Positions 13,467 to 25,579 of a stretch of DNA of 64,000 nt are shown one piece after another. The position numbers and the translations under genes are program-made. This DNA is from Octopus bimaculoides (lineage: Eukaryota): NCBI RefSeq assembly GCF_001194135.2, contig NC_068988.1, positions 10,808,545-10,872,544 of the forward strand, read 5' to 3'. The notes below the pieces were generated by a model. It was not told the origin of the DNA. It ran no database searches and was given only the letters and a program-made list of their open reading frames with translations. Positions within the stretch are counted from its first letter, which is position 1. Each line of letters opens with the position of its first letter.

Positions 13467-13853
13467 TATGTTGTTGGCACTCCGTCGCTTACGACGTCGA
13501 GGGTTCCAGTTGATTCGATCAACGGAACAGCCTGCTCCTGAAATTAACGTGCAAGTCGCTGAGCGTTCCAAAGACACGTGTACCCTTAACGTAGTTCTCG
13601 GGGATATTCAGCATGACACAGTGTGACAAGGCTGACCCTTTGAATTACAGCCACAACAGAAACAGGTAGTAAGAGTGAGAGAAAGTTGTGGTGGAAGAGT
13701 ACAGCAGGGTTCACCACAATCCCCTGCCGGAGCCTCGTGGACCTTTAGGTATTTTCGCTCAATAAATACCCACAACGCCCGGTCTGGGAATCGAAACTGC
13801 GATCCTATGACCGCGAGTTCACTGCCCTAACCACTGGGTCATTGCGCCTCCAC
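13467..13853 (-). mobile_element. tRNA-derived SINE family C, full length, with candidate 15-bp TSD
   Basis: Reverse complement starts tggaggcgcaatgacccagtggttagggcag with A box (TGACCCAGTGG) and B box (GTTTCGATTCC) and ends in a (CAA)n-like tail. Flanks atgcatatgcatatg (13452-13466) and atgcatatggatatg (13854-13868) match at 14/15. Confidence 0.85.
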
Positions 13854-14427
13854 ATGCATATGGATATGCATATATATAAAGGAAAAAATGAATAGAGGTT
13901 ACAAAAGTGAAAGAGGATGCTGACTAGCACCGCTTTTGCTAAAGATAACAGTTAAAATATCTCAATGTCACAAACGTCTTATCTTAACCGCTTGACAAAC
14001 GAAGGTCAGTCCCCCAGCGTATATAGCCGGATAGTGATTTCAGATTTTGATGAAGACTATTTAAATCATCAAGGGCAGCCCCTAACGCTTAGGGTTAAAC
14101 TTAGCTACATCTGATAGTCTTTGTATAATACTGACAGAGATAGTTGAGATTAACCCGAGGCGTTAAAAGCAGCTGATGATAATTAAGATGGACTACATCA
14201 AAGTTCGATATTGCAATCCGGCTACGTAAGCTGGGGACATAACTCTGTTTGTCAGTCACTTCAGAGAGTGTGCTTGTGGCTTTGAGTTACTTTAACTCTT
14301 TTCTTTAGCAAAATCGGTGCTAGCCAGTACCCTCCATCACTTTTTTGACGTCTATTAATGTTGCCTTTAAATTTTAATTGCTAATAAGACACATTTCTAA
14401 TTTGTTGCATGTGTATGTACCTACGAC

Positions 14428-14459
14428 TCTCTCTCTCTCTCTATCTATCTATCTGTCTC

Positions 14460-14521
<62 letters not shown>
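14428..14521 (+). repeat. Compound (CT)n-(AT)n-(GT)n microsatellite
   Basis: Directly visible. Confidence 0.95.
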
Positions 14522-14524
<3 letters not shown>

Positions 14525-14579
14525 TTATAGTTTCCTTACGAAACACATAGCGTAGAAGTGCTCAAGACGAACCTGAGGC

Positions 14580-14730
14580 GTAAGTATAGTGGATAGAATG
14601 GAAAAAGTTCAAAAGAGGCAGACTACGATTAACACATATACGGGTTTAGTTAAGATAAAATGAGAATTGTCATCCTTCTGGGTTTCATAAGTAGCCTTAA
14701 TTCGACACGGCACGGCGGGAAGAGAACAGA
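14580..14730 (+). mobile_element. Possible very decayed CR1/L2-type LINE ORF2 fragment
   Basis: DRMEKVQKRQT resembles the LE.VQRRATK motif downstream of the RT domain; nearby frame gives LLGFISSL. Short and frameshifted. Confidence 0.3.
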
Positions 14731-14754
14731 CGGGAGGAAAGAACCACACAAGTT

Positions 14755-14835
14755 TTACCTGTTGAACATTGGGGTCGAGGTAATCGATTTACCGACTAAG
14801 CCAAAATTTCTGGCCTTGTGCCAAAATTTGAATCC
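14755..14835 (+). mobile_element. SINE family A 3' fragment
   Basis: ttggggtcgaggtaatcgattta...aaaatttctggccttgtgcc. Confidence 0.65.
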
Positions 14836-15589
14836 AATCATTATTTTAATAAGTTATGGGATTTTAAAATCTGTGTTCAAATACCACCGAGGTGAACTTC
14901 CCATTTCATCATTTCGGAGAGAGTACAATGTACTACAATCCGTTACTTGAGTCGACGCACTCGAATTGCCCCTCCGGCTAATCTTGCCGGTAAAAACTTG
15001 AGGCTATTTTAATTAATAACACAAAATCGTTTTTCAATATTTCCAACTGGAAAAGAAGAGCAAAAAAAACGCATTCCTACTGGTGGGTCGAGGTGAAAAT
15101 GTCCAGAACATTTTCTTGCGTGACAGGGTCGCATGTCATGTTCTTTTTAATACTACCGGTGGAATACTGTCATGTATCAATTTACTGCATTATTTCTTGC
15201 AAGAAAAAATAACACAAATAATATAACAAAGTGCAAGTGAGTTGGAAGCAAACCAGAATTCACTACAATATTCAACTGACGGAAATGTCAACGGTAACAT
15301 TTTGCTAATAACATTAACAACAGCTGCTTAATCTCATGGAGATACAACCAGTTCAAGCATTATCATAATAGTTTGAAATTACTTTCTTAATGAAGTCTAA
15401 TGAATTGAGGGACGTGCGATAGTATAGTTATTAGAAAAATACGAATGACCAGATAGATGTTTGTTATCTAAAACAATATCTCAGACTTACTTTTAATGCT
15501 TTAAATTCGATAGCAAGTGCAAGAACAACAACAACATCAACAACAACTATAATAATAATAATAATAATCATAATAATAATAATAAAGAT

Positions 15590-15705
15590 TTCTGCTGTAG
15601 GCAGATTATATGAAATTTATTGGGGAATGATAGTCAATTACATCGGCCCCAGTGTTTCACTGGTACTTAATTTATCGGCCCCAAAAGAATGGAAGGCAAA
15701 ATCGA
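15590..15705 (-). mobile_element. SINE family A, 5'-truncated, between trinucleotide arrays
   Basis: agtcaattacatcggccccagtgtttcactggtacttaatttatcggccccaaaagaatggaaggcaaaatcga. Confidence 0.8.
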
Positions 15706-15712
15706 ATAATAG

Positions 15713-15950
15713 TAAGAAGAAAAAGATGAAGATGATGATGAAGAAGAAGAAGAAGAAGATGAAGAAGAAGAAGAAGAAGAAGAAGAAAAGAAGAAGAAGA
15801 AGAAGAAGAAGAAGAAGAAGAAGAAGAAGAAGAAGAAGAAGAAGAAGAAGAAGAACAACAACAACAACAACAACAGCAGCAGCAACAACAACAACAAAAA
15901 ACGACCACAACAACAGCAGCAGCAACAGCAATGATAATAACAAATACAAT
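15713..15950 (+). repeat. Compound (AAG)n-(AAC)n-(AGC)n microsatellite
   Basis: Directly visible; explains the poly-K/R/T, poly-L/F and poly-C/S ORFs. Confidence 0.95.
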
Positions 15951-16793
15951 AGAAATATTGAACAGGATGTCGACCACTGCAATTCAATTTAGTTCATCAG
16001 AGAAACAACAGATTAAAAGAGCTGAAATCTGGACTTTAACGATTTGAACTTTTAGGAATAAGGATTCACTGAAACCTGAGGGTAGAATAAGAGTTAATAA
16101 GAATGTGAACATTATAACGGAACATCAATGGAGATTCTAAGTATGTCCTAATGAACACGCCTAATTAAGAACAAACCTCTTTTCCGAGACTATCCTAAGA
16201 AGGCGTGCGTGATATTTGTACATATGGAAAGATTACAGATTGTATGTCTTTAATAATAATAATAAAAAAATTGACCAGTGTTTAGAAAAGAGGTCATATG
16301 GATACATTTATGCACACACACTAACACACACATACACACAAGCAAGCACGCAAACAGACACACACGATATTCACTTGTCCACACACAGTCAGAAATACAC
16401 ATAACCTCAAAGCAAGTTTTATTAACTTGCAAAAGCTTTTCACATTTTTCTACAAATATGGAGGACATATACAAAACTCCTTTTCAGTCAATACTATAGT
16501 ACGATGGATCCTTCCATATATAGCAGGATATATGACTGCTTACATTCATATACAGACAATCACAAATATATTTGGACATAGATGTACATATGTCAATGTG
16601 TGGATTATGCGTAAGGTATATATGTTGAAAATGAAGTATACAGGTATAGACTCTTTGATCTCTCGATTCCATATGCATATACATGCATTACAATCATACA
16701 CACATACATGAATGCATATACACATAGATATGTACATACACACATACATATTTACTTGCATATATAATGATATAAATAGATACATACATACTT

Positions 16794-16864
<71 letters not shown>
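16794..16864 (+). repeat. (GATA)n microsatellite
   Basis: Directly visible. Confidence 0.95.
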
Positions 16865-16865
<1 letters not shown>

Positions 16866-17144
16866 TAAATGTTTAAGTAAGTGTATATCTTTATATAAAT
16901 GTATTTAGGAATTAGGATAGACTGTTACAAACATAGATTATCCGAAACATTGTTGTGGGGATATATCGGTCCATTGAAGAATTAATCGAATTTTGCTGTT
17001 AAGTTATCTTCTGAGTATCTCAAATCAACTTCCGCGATTGCTACAATGAACAATTTATATTAAATCAATATATAAAAAACGAACTTACGTTCCACCTCAC
17101 TGTCTAAACCTAGAAACTAGAATAGCAATAATGATCAAATGATA

Positions 17145-17240
17145 AGGATGATGATGATAATGATGATGGTGATGATGATGATGATGACGATGATGATCAT
17201 GTTGATGATGATGATGTTGATCACTATCATCATCATCATC
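17145..17240 (+). repeat. (GAT)n/(CAT)n microsatellite
   Basis: Directly visible; explains the poly-H ORF. Confidence 0.9.
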
Positions 17241-17564
17241 ATAAAAAACTATGCTTATACTAACTCGCATAATAATTATTAGTATTATTAATAATAAAAG
17301 ATAGTAATTGAAATAATAATAAAAAATCACATTTTTGTTAATAATAATAATAATATTAATATCGATAATTCGGTGTTATAAAAATAAGAAGAACAACAAT
17401 AATCATCCCAATGTTTTCTTTTGTTTTCCACAAACGCCCAAGACATGGTGGACTATGTTAATGAACGATATACTACATAGATAAACAGGTGGGGTTAACA
17501 GTACTAATAATGATAACGAACTCAAGCCTAGGCTTAAAGCATGCGAGTTTGAGGAAATATGAGC

Positions 17565-17715
17565 GTCGAATGCATCGACAACAGTGTACAGCAGGTATTT
17601 ATTTTATCGACCACGAAAGGATGAAAGCAAAGTCGACCTCGGTGACATTTGACTTCAAGATGTAAAGACAGTCGAAATGGTTGACAACTATTTTGTCCAT
17701 CATGCTAATAATTCT
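17565..17715 (-). mobile_element. SINE family A, decayed
   Basis: tttatcgaccacgaaaggatgaaagcaaagtcgacctcggtgacatttgact. Confidence 0.75.
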
Positions 17716-17970
17716 ATTATCTCTTGTTTAATTATTATTATCAATATTNNNNNNNNNNNNNNNNNNNNNNNNNNNNNNNNNNNNNNNNNNNNNNNNNNNN
17801 NNNNNNNNNNNNNNNNNNNNNNNNNNNNNNNNNNNNNNNNNNNNNNNNNNNNNNNNNNNNNNNNNNNNNNNNNNNNNNNNNNNNNNNNNNNNNNNNNNNN
17901 NNNNNNNNNNNNNNNNNNNNNNNNNNNNNNNNNNNNNNNNNNNNNNNNNNNNNNNNNNNNNNNNNNNNNN

Positions 17971-18108
17971 TACTGCACACATTCTACGCAAAACACTTTC
18001 AATACAGTAAACACAAGAGCACCACAGCAAACCACAGCACATACCCAAGGCGCACAGAGCTGCGCTCGGTAGTGAAGTGAAAGCACGTTATAAAAATAAA
18101 ACTACTGA
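17971..18108 (+). mobile_element. 3' end of an R4/Dong-like (restriction-like endonuclease) LINE
   Basis: Frame from 17972 reads TAHILRKTLSIQ* (cf. LLGTAHILRKVL at R4/Dong ORF ends). About 100 bp of 3' UTR follows and runs into (AAT)n. The upstream part is lost in the N gap. Confidence 0.6.
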
Positions 18109-18110
18109 TC

Positions 18111-18142
<32 letters not shown>

Positions 18143-18144
<2 letters not shown>

Positions 18145-18686
18145 GCCCGGATGCAGTATCAGGCAGTGGCTCTCATGGCTTCTGAACTTAATTGATTGGA
18201 AGTGTTATCATGTACATTGTTTTGTCTTGGTATAAAAGATGGGCTCCAGCAAATATTCTGCTCAATACCACAGATTTGCTTGTCGGTTGCATGACCTTAA
18301 CCAGTTGAGCATATTCCTTAGTGGCTGACGATATGTGCCTCTCTGATCACAAAAAGGAGTAGTGGGGGAGCAAAATAGCCTTGTGTTGAGAGAAATTCTT
18401 TGGGGTTTGAATAATTCACCTTTGGAAGCATGGGCGTTTTGCTCAACATCCTTAAACAACCCTTATTCCGGGACCTTTTGAGCGGGATGGGCTACTCGAC
18501 TTGAAGAAAATTCTAACTGGGCCCGACCTGCGACGTCATGCGCTGTTTATCTTCATATGAGACCACTATGTTGTGATGCGTGTGCCTCTGGTCTACCCTT
18601 TTCAGACGGGTAATCATTAGGGGTATACTGGGCTTCGTATATTTTACCCCAGTGTCACGTTGATGGTATATTATGCTCTGTCACTC
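18143..18686. mobile_element. Unclassified ~545-bp interspersed element embedded in (AAT)n
   Basis: Sharp-edged, GC-richer island with (AAT)n on both sides. I recall this sequence as a common octopus repeat; no recognisable protein. Confidence 0.6.
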
Positions 18687-18744
<58 letters not shown>

Positions 18745-18745
<1 letters not shown>

Positions 18746-18958
18746 TCCTTTTCTGCTACAAGCAGAAGGCCTGAAATTTGTTGGGAGGGGCTAAGTTGAT
18801 AATATCGATCCCAGGACGTCACTAATACTTAATTAGTCGACACCGAAACGACGATAGTGAAAGTTGACCTCGGACGAAATTGAACTCAGGACGTAAAGAA
18901 GGACGAAATGCCGCTAAGCATTTTGTCCATCATGCTAATGTTTGCCAGCTCACCGTCT
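18745..18958 (-). mobile_element. SINE family A, near full length, inside (AAT)n
   Basis: gaaggcctgaaatttg...aaagttgacctcgg...gaactcaggacgtaaagaaggacgaaatgccgctaagcattttg...tgccagctcaccgtct. Confidence 0.85.
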
Positions 18959-18959
18959 A

Positions 18960-18966
18960 ACATAAC

Positions 18967-19010
<44 letters not shown>

Positions 19011-19069
19011 TAATGATAATAATAATAATATGATAATAATAATGATAATAATGATAATAATAATAATAA

Positions 19070-19100
<31 letters not shown>

Positions 19101-19150
19101 AAGAAGGACAACAACAACAACAATTATAATAATAATAATGATAATAATAC

Positions 19151-19210
<60 letters not shown>
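18960..19210 (+). repeat. Compound (AAT)n-(AAG)n-(AAC)n microsatellite
   Basis: Directly visible. Confidence 0.95.
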
Positions 19211-19999
19211 CGGTGGTGATATTAATGGTTTTAGGTGAGGCGAAGAAAATCTTTATTAGACTCCAGTTGGTCGTTGTTATAACCAAAATGTGATAGGTGA
19301 GTAATCAAGCGTGGTTTCCGGCCATTACAAAACTGATTTTTTTTTTCAGCAAAATATTTTTCTTTCTTTTTTTAGTGATATGGTTTGATTAGATTAAATT
19401 AATATCTTTAAAAATGAATGAATATAAAATGCAAACAGACGACCCGGATAAAATAAAGAGCGAAGAGGAAAACTCAATGTTAATAAGAAAATACTGAACG
19501 AATCCAAAAACCTTACACTGTTTTATAACAAAATTACATATATAAATATATAAAGACGAAAGAATGTAAAATTATTAGCGTACAAATGTGTGTATATTAC
19601 GTGTATATATGTGTGTGTATTGATACACACACCCAAACATATATATATATATATATATATATATANNNNNNNNNNNNNNNNNNNNNNNNNNNNNNNNNNN
19701 NNNNNNNNNNNNNNNNNNNNNNNNNNNNNNNNNNNNNNNNNNNNNNNNNNNNNNNNNNNNNNNNNNNNNNNNNNNNNNNNNNNNNNNNNNNNNNNNNNNN
19801 NNNNNNNNNNNNNNNNNNNNNNNNNNNNNNNNNNNNNNNNNNNNNNNNNNNNNNNNNNNNNNNNNNNNNNNNNNNNNNNNNNNNNNNNNNNNNNNNNNNN
19901 NNNNNNNNNNNNNNNNNNNNNNNNNNNNNNNNNNNNNNNNNNNNNNNNNNNNNNNNNNNNNNNNNNNNNNNNNNNNNNNNNNNNNNNNNNNNNNNNNNN

Positions 20000-20038
<39 letters not shown>

Positions 20039-22310
20039 TTACGCATTTATTGATGAACATTCATACATAAATTTCTATGCGTCTATCTGCCCGTATATGA
20101 GACGGGGAGAGGATATAAGGCATAAAAAATTAGAAGTTATTCTGCTACATCGAACAACATAACCTCTTCCGATAAGTGTCTAATAATCAATGAATAAATG
20201 AAACCGAAAAGCAAATCCGAACACAAACAAATATTTTAAGACAGATAACACATTTCCTTATCAAAGTTAATTAAATAGGGATGGGAAATATCGTTCGATT
20301 AGAAACGGATCAGGAAACTTAGTTGAAAAACTATAAACAAATGGAAATTAAGAAAAGAGATATAGAAATGTTGGTTCCTGTTCGCTAAATGAAATCAATT
20401 TACCAAAACTGTTCGCTTCTATTCTTTGCTTGGTTGGAATATTTGTATACAAATTCTGATCCGTTTCTGATGCATACATACATCCATAAATACATATACA
20501 TATATGTGTGTGTGTGGGGGCTGCGTGTGCGCACGTGTGTATTCATATACCAATATACTTGCTTAAATACGTAATAACAAATAATTCTATGTACAGATAT
20601 ATTTTATACGCAGGGATATTTATGAATGTGTATATGAGCGTATATATATATAAGCATCCCTTTCCATCCTTCTCTTTCTCTCTCTCTCTCTCTCTATCTA
20701 TGCATCTTCCTATATATCTTCCCACCTATCTGTCGATCTCTCACCCTATCTCTATATATTTAACTCTGTAACTTGCACACACACACACATAGACACACTC
20801 ACACACACACACACGCACATATATATATATACAGACATTCAATGGATTTAAACTCACATAGCCATAGCTTCATATAGTGCCACGGGGTGTTTTTTCACAC
20901 GCTATGTTCAATATATTTGATAATATGAATGATACACACCGAGAAACGTTTTGTAACAATCACATACATTTTTCGATATATTGCACACTAAATAACAATT
21001 TCATCTACCAATTTATATAGAGATATATTTTAATTTTCCTCCATAAACTTATCCTTTACAATGGAGAGCAAATCATATTTATCGATTCATAGTTATATAA
21101 CCAAAAAATAAACAAAAAGACAGAGAGATAAATGATGTTAGAAATAATACGCAGGCCTGGATTTATTCATAATATCAAATCCAGTGATTATCATGCCAAA
21201 ACACCATTAATACCATTCGCAGAGACTTACATTACCCAGTACATATACGATATATCATGCTGACTACAATTTAGACCATTCAACCATTAGCAAATTCATT
21301 CCGAAACAAAAAAAATACTTTTACATATACAGGTTTATGATAGCGCAAATACAACAAAAATATTATAGTGCCTACGCATATCAATAAATCAGTTAGAAGA
21401 GGAACATACATATATACTGATGCTTTATTCTGATATTACTTAGATATTGAACCGCAAAAATAACATACACCTTCATGCATCAATAGGTGACCGATAATTA
21501 CATGCATTCCATACAATAGCTTTGCCTCCGGATTAATAAGTAGCGTCGTTTCACCAGATGACTTCGCGGTTCAGAAATTTCTAGATTTAAATCAGTTACT
21601 GACGCTGAATTTTAATTTCTACAAAGAGCTGACCAGTCGTTTGTAACACATATCAATACATAGAAAAAACTATGAAATAGAGAAATGAGTTTCTATGTAT
21701 TTCTGGCGACTGACAAGTCTTCATATTCTTATATACTATCCAATCAGCCATCATGTCACCATGAGAACACACTCTCTTCCCTCTCTCTCTATCTTTCTCC
21801 ATCCTTCTCTCTTCCCACTCCCTCTCACCATCTCCTAGTCTCTCTCTCCCTCTCTCTCTCTCTCTCTNNNNNNNNNNNNNNNNNNNNNNNNNNNNNNNNN
21901 NNNNNNNNNNNNNNNNNNNNNNNNNNNNNNNNNNNNNNNNNNNNNNNNNNNNNNNNNNNNNNNNNNNNNNNNNNNNNNNNNNNNNNNNNNNNNNNNNNNN
22001 NNNNNNNNNNNNNNNNNNNNNNNNNNNNNNNNNNNNNNNNNNNNNNNNNNNNNNNNNNNNNNNNNNNNNNNNNNNNNNNNNNNNNNNNNNNNNNNNNNNN
22101 NNNNNNNNNNNNNNNNNNNNNNNNNNNNNNNNNNNNNNNNNNNNNNNNNNNNNNNNNNNNNNNNNNNNNNNNNNNNNNNNNNNNNNNNNNNNNNNNNNNN
22201 NNNNNNNNNNNNNNNNNNNNNNNNNNNNNNNNNNNNNNNNNNNNNNNNNNNNNNNNNNNNNNNNNNNNNNNNNNNNNNNNNNNNNNNNNNNNNNNNNNNN
22301 NNNNNNNNNT

Positions 22311-22382
22311 GTAGGTGTATATGTTTGTGTGTCTGTGTTTGGCCCTCCAACATCGCTTGACAACCGATGGTGGTGAGTTTAT
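22311..22382 (+). mobile_element. SINE family B internal fragment
   Basis: gtgtctgtgtttggccctccaacatcgcttgacaaccgatggtggtgagttta matches the 3' half of the copy at 38043-38441. Confidence 0.7.
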
Positions 22383-22889
22383 ATTGATACAGATAGATAT
22401 ACACACGCATACATACTGACATGCATACGCATATAGCTACACATATATATTCTTATGAATACTTTTGAAAGCCGAGAGCAAGAAACTCTTCATTCTTTAA
22501 ACTTGCCAAAAGCCATTTGATGACTCGTTTGTTCTGCCCATAAACTACTTTACATTTTCTCTCTTTCACACAAGACAGTGTGGCACTTAAGTTTGTTGGG
22601 GGAATAAGTGATACACTACCGACCATCTTACGCTGATTATTTCTAGGGAGTTACGTGGCTCGGGCATTTCCTTGACTTCGTGTTTTCTGATGCTGTCTCA
22701 CGTACGCATATTTTGTATTGTCCTACTCTACATCTCTCCGAGACCAGCATTTTTGTAAAGTTAGCTGTTCTTAACATATGTAAGTGAATATATGTGCATA
22801 CATACATATAATCACATACAACATTCGCACACACACACAAAACCACGGACACACACTTACCTTCACGAACACACACACACACACACACA

Positions 22890-22927
<38 letters not shown>

Positions 22928-23492
22928 CCAGTAAATAAAAAAAGTATATATACAAACACAGTCATATATATATAAATACAAAATCAATTTATAAATTTGA
23001 TTTTATTATATTTATATATATATACATATATNNNNNNNNNNNNNNNNNNNNNNNNNNNNNNNNNNNNNNNNNNNNNNNNNNNNNNNNNNNNNNNNNNNNN
23101 NNNNNNNNNNNNNNNNNNNNNNNNNNNNNNNNNNNNNNNNNNNNNNNNNNNNNNNNNNNNNNNNNNNNNNNNNNNNNNNNNNNNNNNNNNNNNNNNNNNN
23201 NNNNNNNNNNNNNNNNNNNNNNNNNNNNNNNNNNNNNNNNNNNNNNNNNNNNNNNNNNNNNNNNNNNNNNNNNNNNNNNNNNNNNNNNNNNNNNNNNNNN
23301 NNNNNNNNNNNNNNNNNNNNNNNNNNNNNNNNNNNNNNNNNNNNNNNNNNNNNNNNNNNNNNNNNNNNNNNNNNNNNNNNNNNNNNNNNNNNNNNNNNNN
23401 NNNNNNNNNNNNNNNNNNNNNNNNNNNNNNNNNNNNNNNNNTATATATATATATATATATATGTAAGTAGACACACGCATAGCCACACACAT

Positions 23493-23537
<45 letters not shown>

Positions 23538-24155
23538 TATAACGCATAACAACCACCACCCATACACACATATTCACGTGCATGTGTATAAATATACACC
23601 AAAATTCGTGTAGATGCCTTTGTGAGCTTTTACATATTAGCATATACATGCAAATTTGAACAAATTTAGATTGTTTTTATAATGTATATTATATAATAAA
23701 GCATCTATAATTATGCTTTATCACGCGTTATATTATGTTGTATGGAAGTCAATATTCTTCGCTAATTTCCTCTAAAAGTTCTTTCATTATTTATATTGGT
23801 TTATGGATTTCTTTGCACTTTTATGCAAGGTAGGTATATGTTTGTTGCTGCTGTTGTTCATATGTGAATATATATCTGTAAATCTATGCATCGCAGCACA
23901 GACACACACGTACGATACCGTGTGTTTCAGAAGGTGGTGTTGTACGTCTCTGTTCGCATACATATTATCTGTATGCATATTCATAAATATATGGATGTGT
24001 GGAGGTGTGCGTGTGTTTGTGTGAGTGTGAACGTGTCTGTGGCGCGTATGTGTATATGTACGTATAAGTCTGCCTGAATGTTTATATGTAAGTATCCGAG
24101 TATAGGTGGGTCCACTTGTTTATGCAAATATAATGTATACGCATTCATTCATACA

Positions 24156-24204
<49 letters not shown>

Positions 24205-24839
24205 CACCCACATAAAATTCAAATCTCAGTAATACAATATTATGAGATTTTGGCAGAGACTTTATGTATGCTAATAACTATGCTTGAGAAAAACCTGGTA
24301 ATTTTTGAAAATATATGCAAAGCAAAAGTTAACTGCTATAAATATTGAATATATATAACAAAATAGGAGAATTTGGAATAGTTGGCGGCCTTTAGCTAAC
24401 TGGTTTTTCGAAGAACTAGTAATAAAAGCTAGTTTTATAGAAAATATATTCTAGGATTGCAACTGTTCAAACTCTCTAATGCTCTCGTCGACCTTCCTAC
24501 CTGGGCTGCGTTTTTTTTTTTTTTACAGCCACAACCCATGCAATTTTTAAGCGACAAAATGCCAGTATCGAAACACATAAATATACCTTCTTTATTGACA
24601 TGTCCATTATTCTGTCTTGTCGAATATTTATATTAACTGAAACATATTCACATAGTTGCATAACACCTCTTACTCCTCTCACGTCACATCAATTTCTGTG
24701 ACAATAATACGATTGGCAAAGTGTATATTTCTGTCACCATTTTTTCCAAACAACTATATACGTCTCATAAAGCAAACATACCCTGCTGCTGATTACATTT
24801 TATATAGACACCATGAGTACTATCACATCTGTGATTAAT

Positions 24840-25170
24840 ACGTGAATCAAGACTACAGTCTCCAATAATGCACCTCCCATTGCTCTCGTGTACTGCACAG
24901 GTCTCGTCTTGAAACTACTTGCTGAAAGACGCCAATCCATTATCGGTCGATAATATCGTATCTGATCGCACTGTCGCCATATATAACTAGATCTCAATCT
25001 TCGACACTTTATTGATTCCTCTGGGTTCTGCTTGTTCGGTCCAATCCCTTTACAGTGTAAGCATGGCCGCTCCACTAGCAATGTGCACCAACGAAGAACA
25101 AAGAGCAGCGATCCGATTATTCTCGTCGGAAGGTGTGTCAGATGCTGAAATTCATCGGAAGATTTTAGCA
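24840..25170 (+). mobile_element. Mariner 5' portion with transposase N-terminus
   Basis: ATG at 25063: MAAPLAMCTNEEQRAAIRLFSSEGVSDAEIHRKILA, a typical mariner HTH start (EEQR.VIRFL..EG....EIHRRL). The left boundary is approximate. Confidence 0.8.
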
Positions 25171-25579
25171 CGATTGACTAATGGTTCCAACAGGCTGGGA
25201 AACCATGTGTGGGCAGCCGTGACCATAGTGTTCGGCGTTTGGTGCGAATTGCTGCCTACAGTTTCATTGCCAGCAAGCACTGTATCTTACACTCTTGATC
25301 GTACACCCCTTTCCTATGTAGTCTCCAAGTATAGGCCCTTTTGTATCCCCAAAAAAGGGTTAGCATCACCTTACCCGCAAAAGAATGGGTCTTGAATTTC
25401 TTCGTCGCTGGCGATCCAGGATGGATTCTCTCTCATAATCACAGACCCACGTTTCATCTCCTGTGACAATTTTGCGAAATATTCCTCGCTTTGATTGTTG
25501 TAGCAATCGGGTAAACTTTGGGAGACCTCAAAACGTTTGCCCTTGTGATCTTAACACCTATTTCGCATAGATTTTATGG
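25171..25579 (-). mobile_element. Mariner transposase catalytic region, inverted relative to the N-terminal piece
   Basis: Minus strand reads HKIYAK*V (cf. HKVCARWVP), KIVTGDETWV, PGSPATKKFKTHSFAGKVMLTLFW and CPHMVSQPVGTI (cf. RPHTANQTVETI). Confidence 0.85.

Noticed and set aside
13790-13853. tRNA gene call for the tRNA-like heads of the SINEs (also 38370-38441, 44757-44825)
   Set aside because: A and B boxes are present, but the sequences continue into SINE bodies and lack a complete cloverleaf acceptor stem.
14079-14094. CCCTAA-cgc-TTAGGG hairpin resembling telomeric repeats
   Set aside because: A single 6-bp inverted pair, expected by chance in 64 kb.
15627-15992. Poly-K/R/T, poly-L/F and poly-C/S ORFs
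   Set aside because: They are translations of a compound trinucleotide microsatellite.
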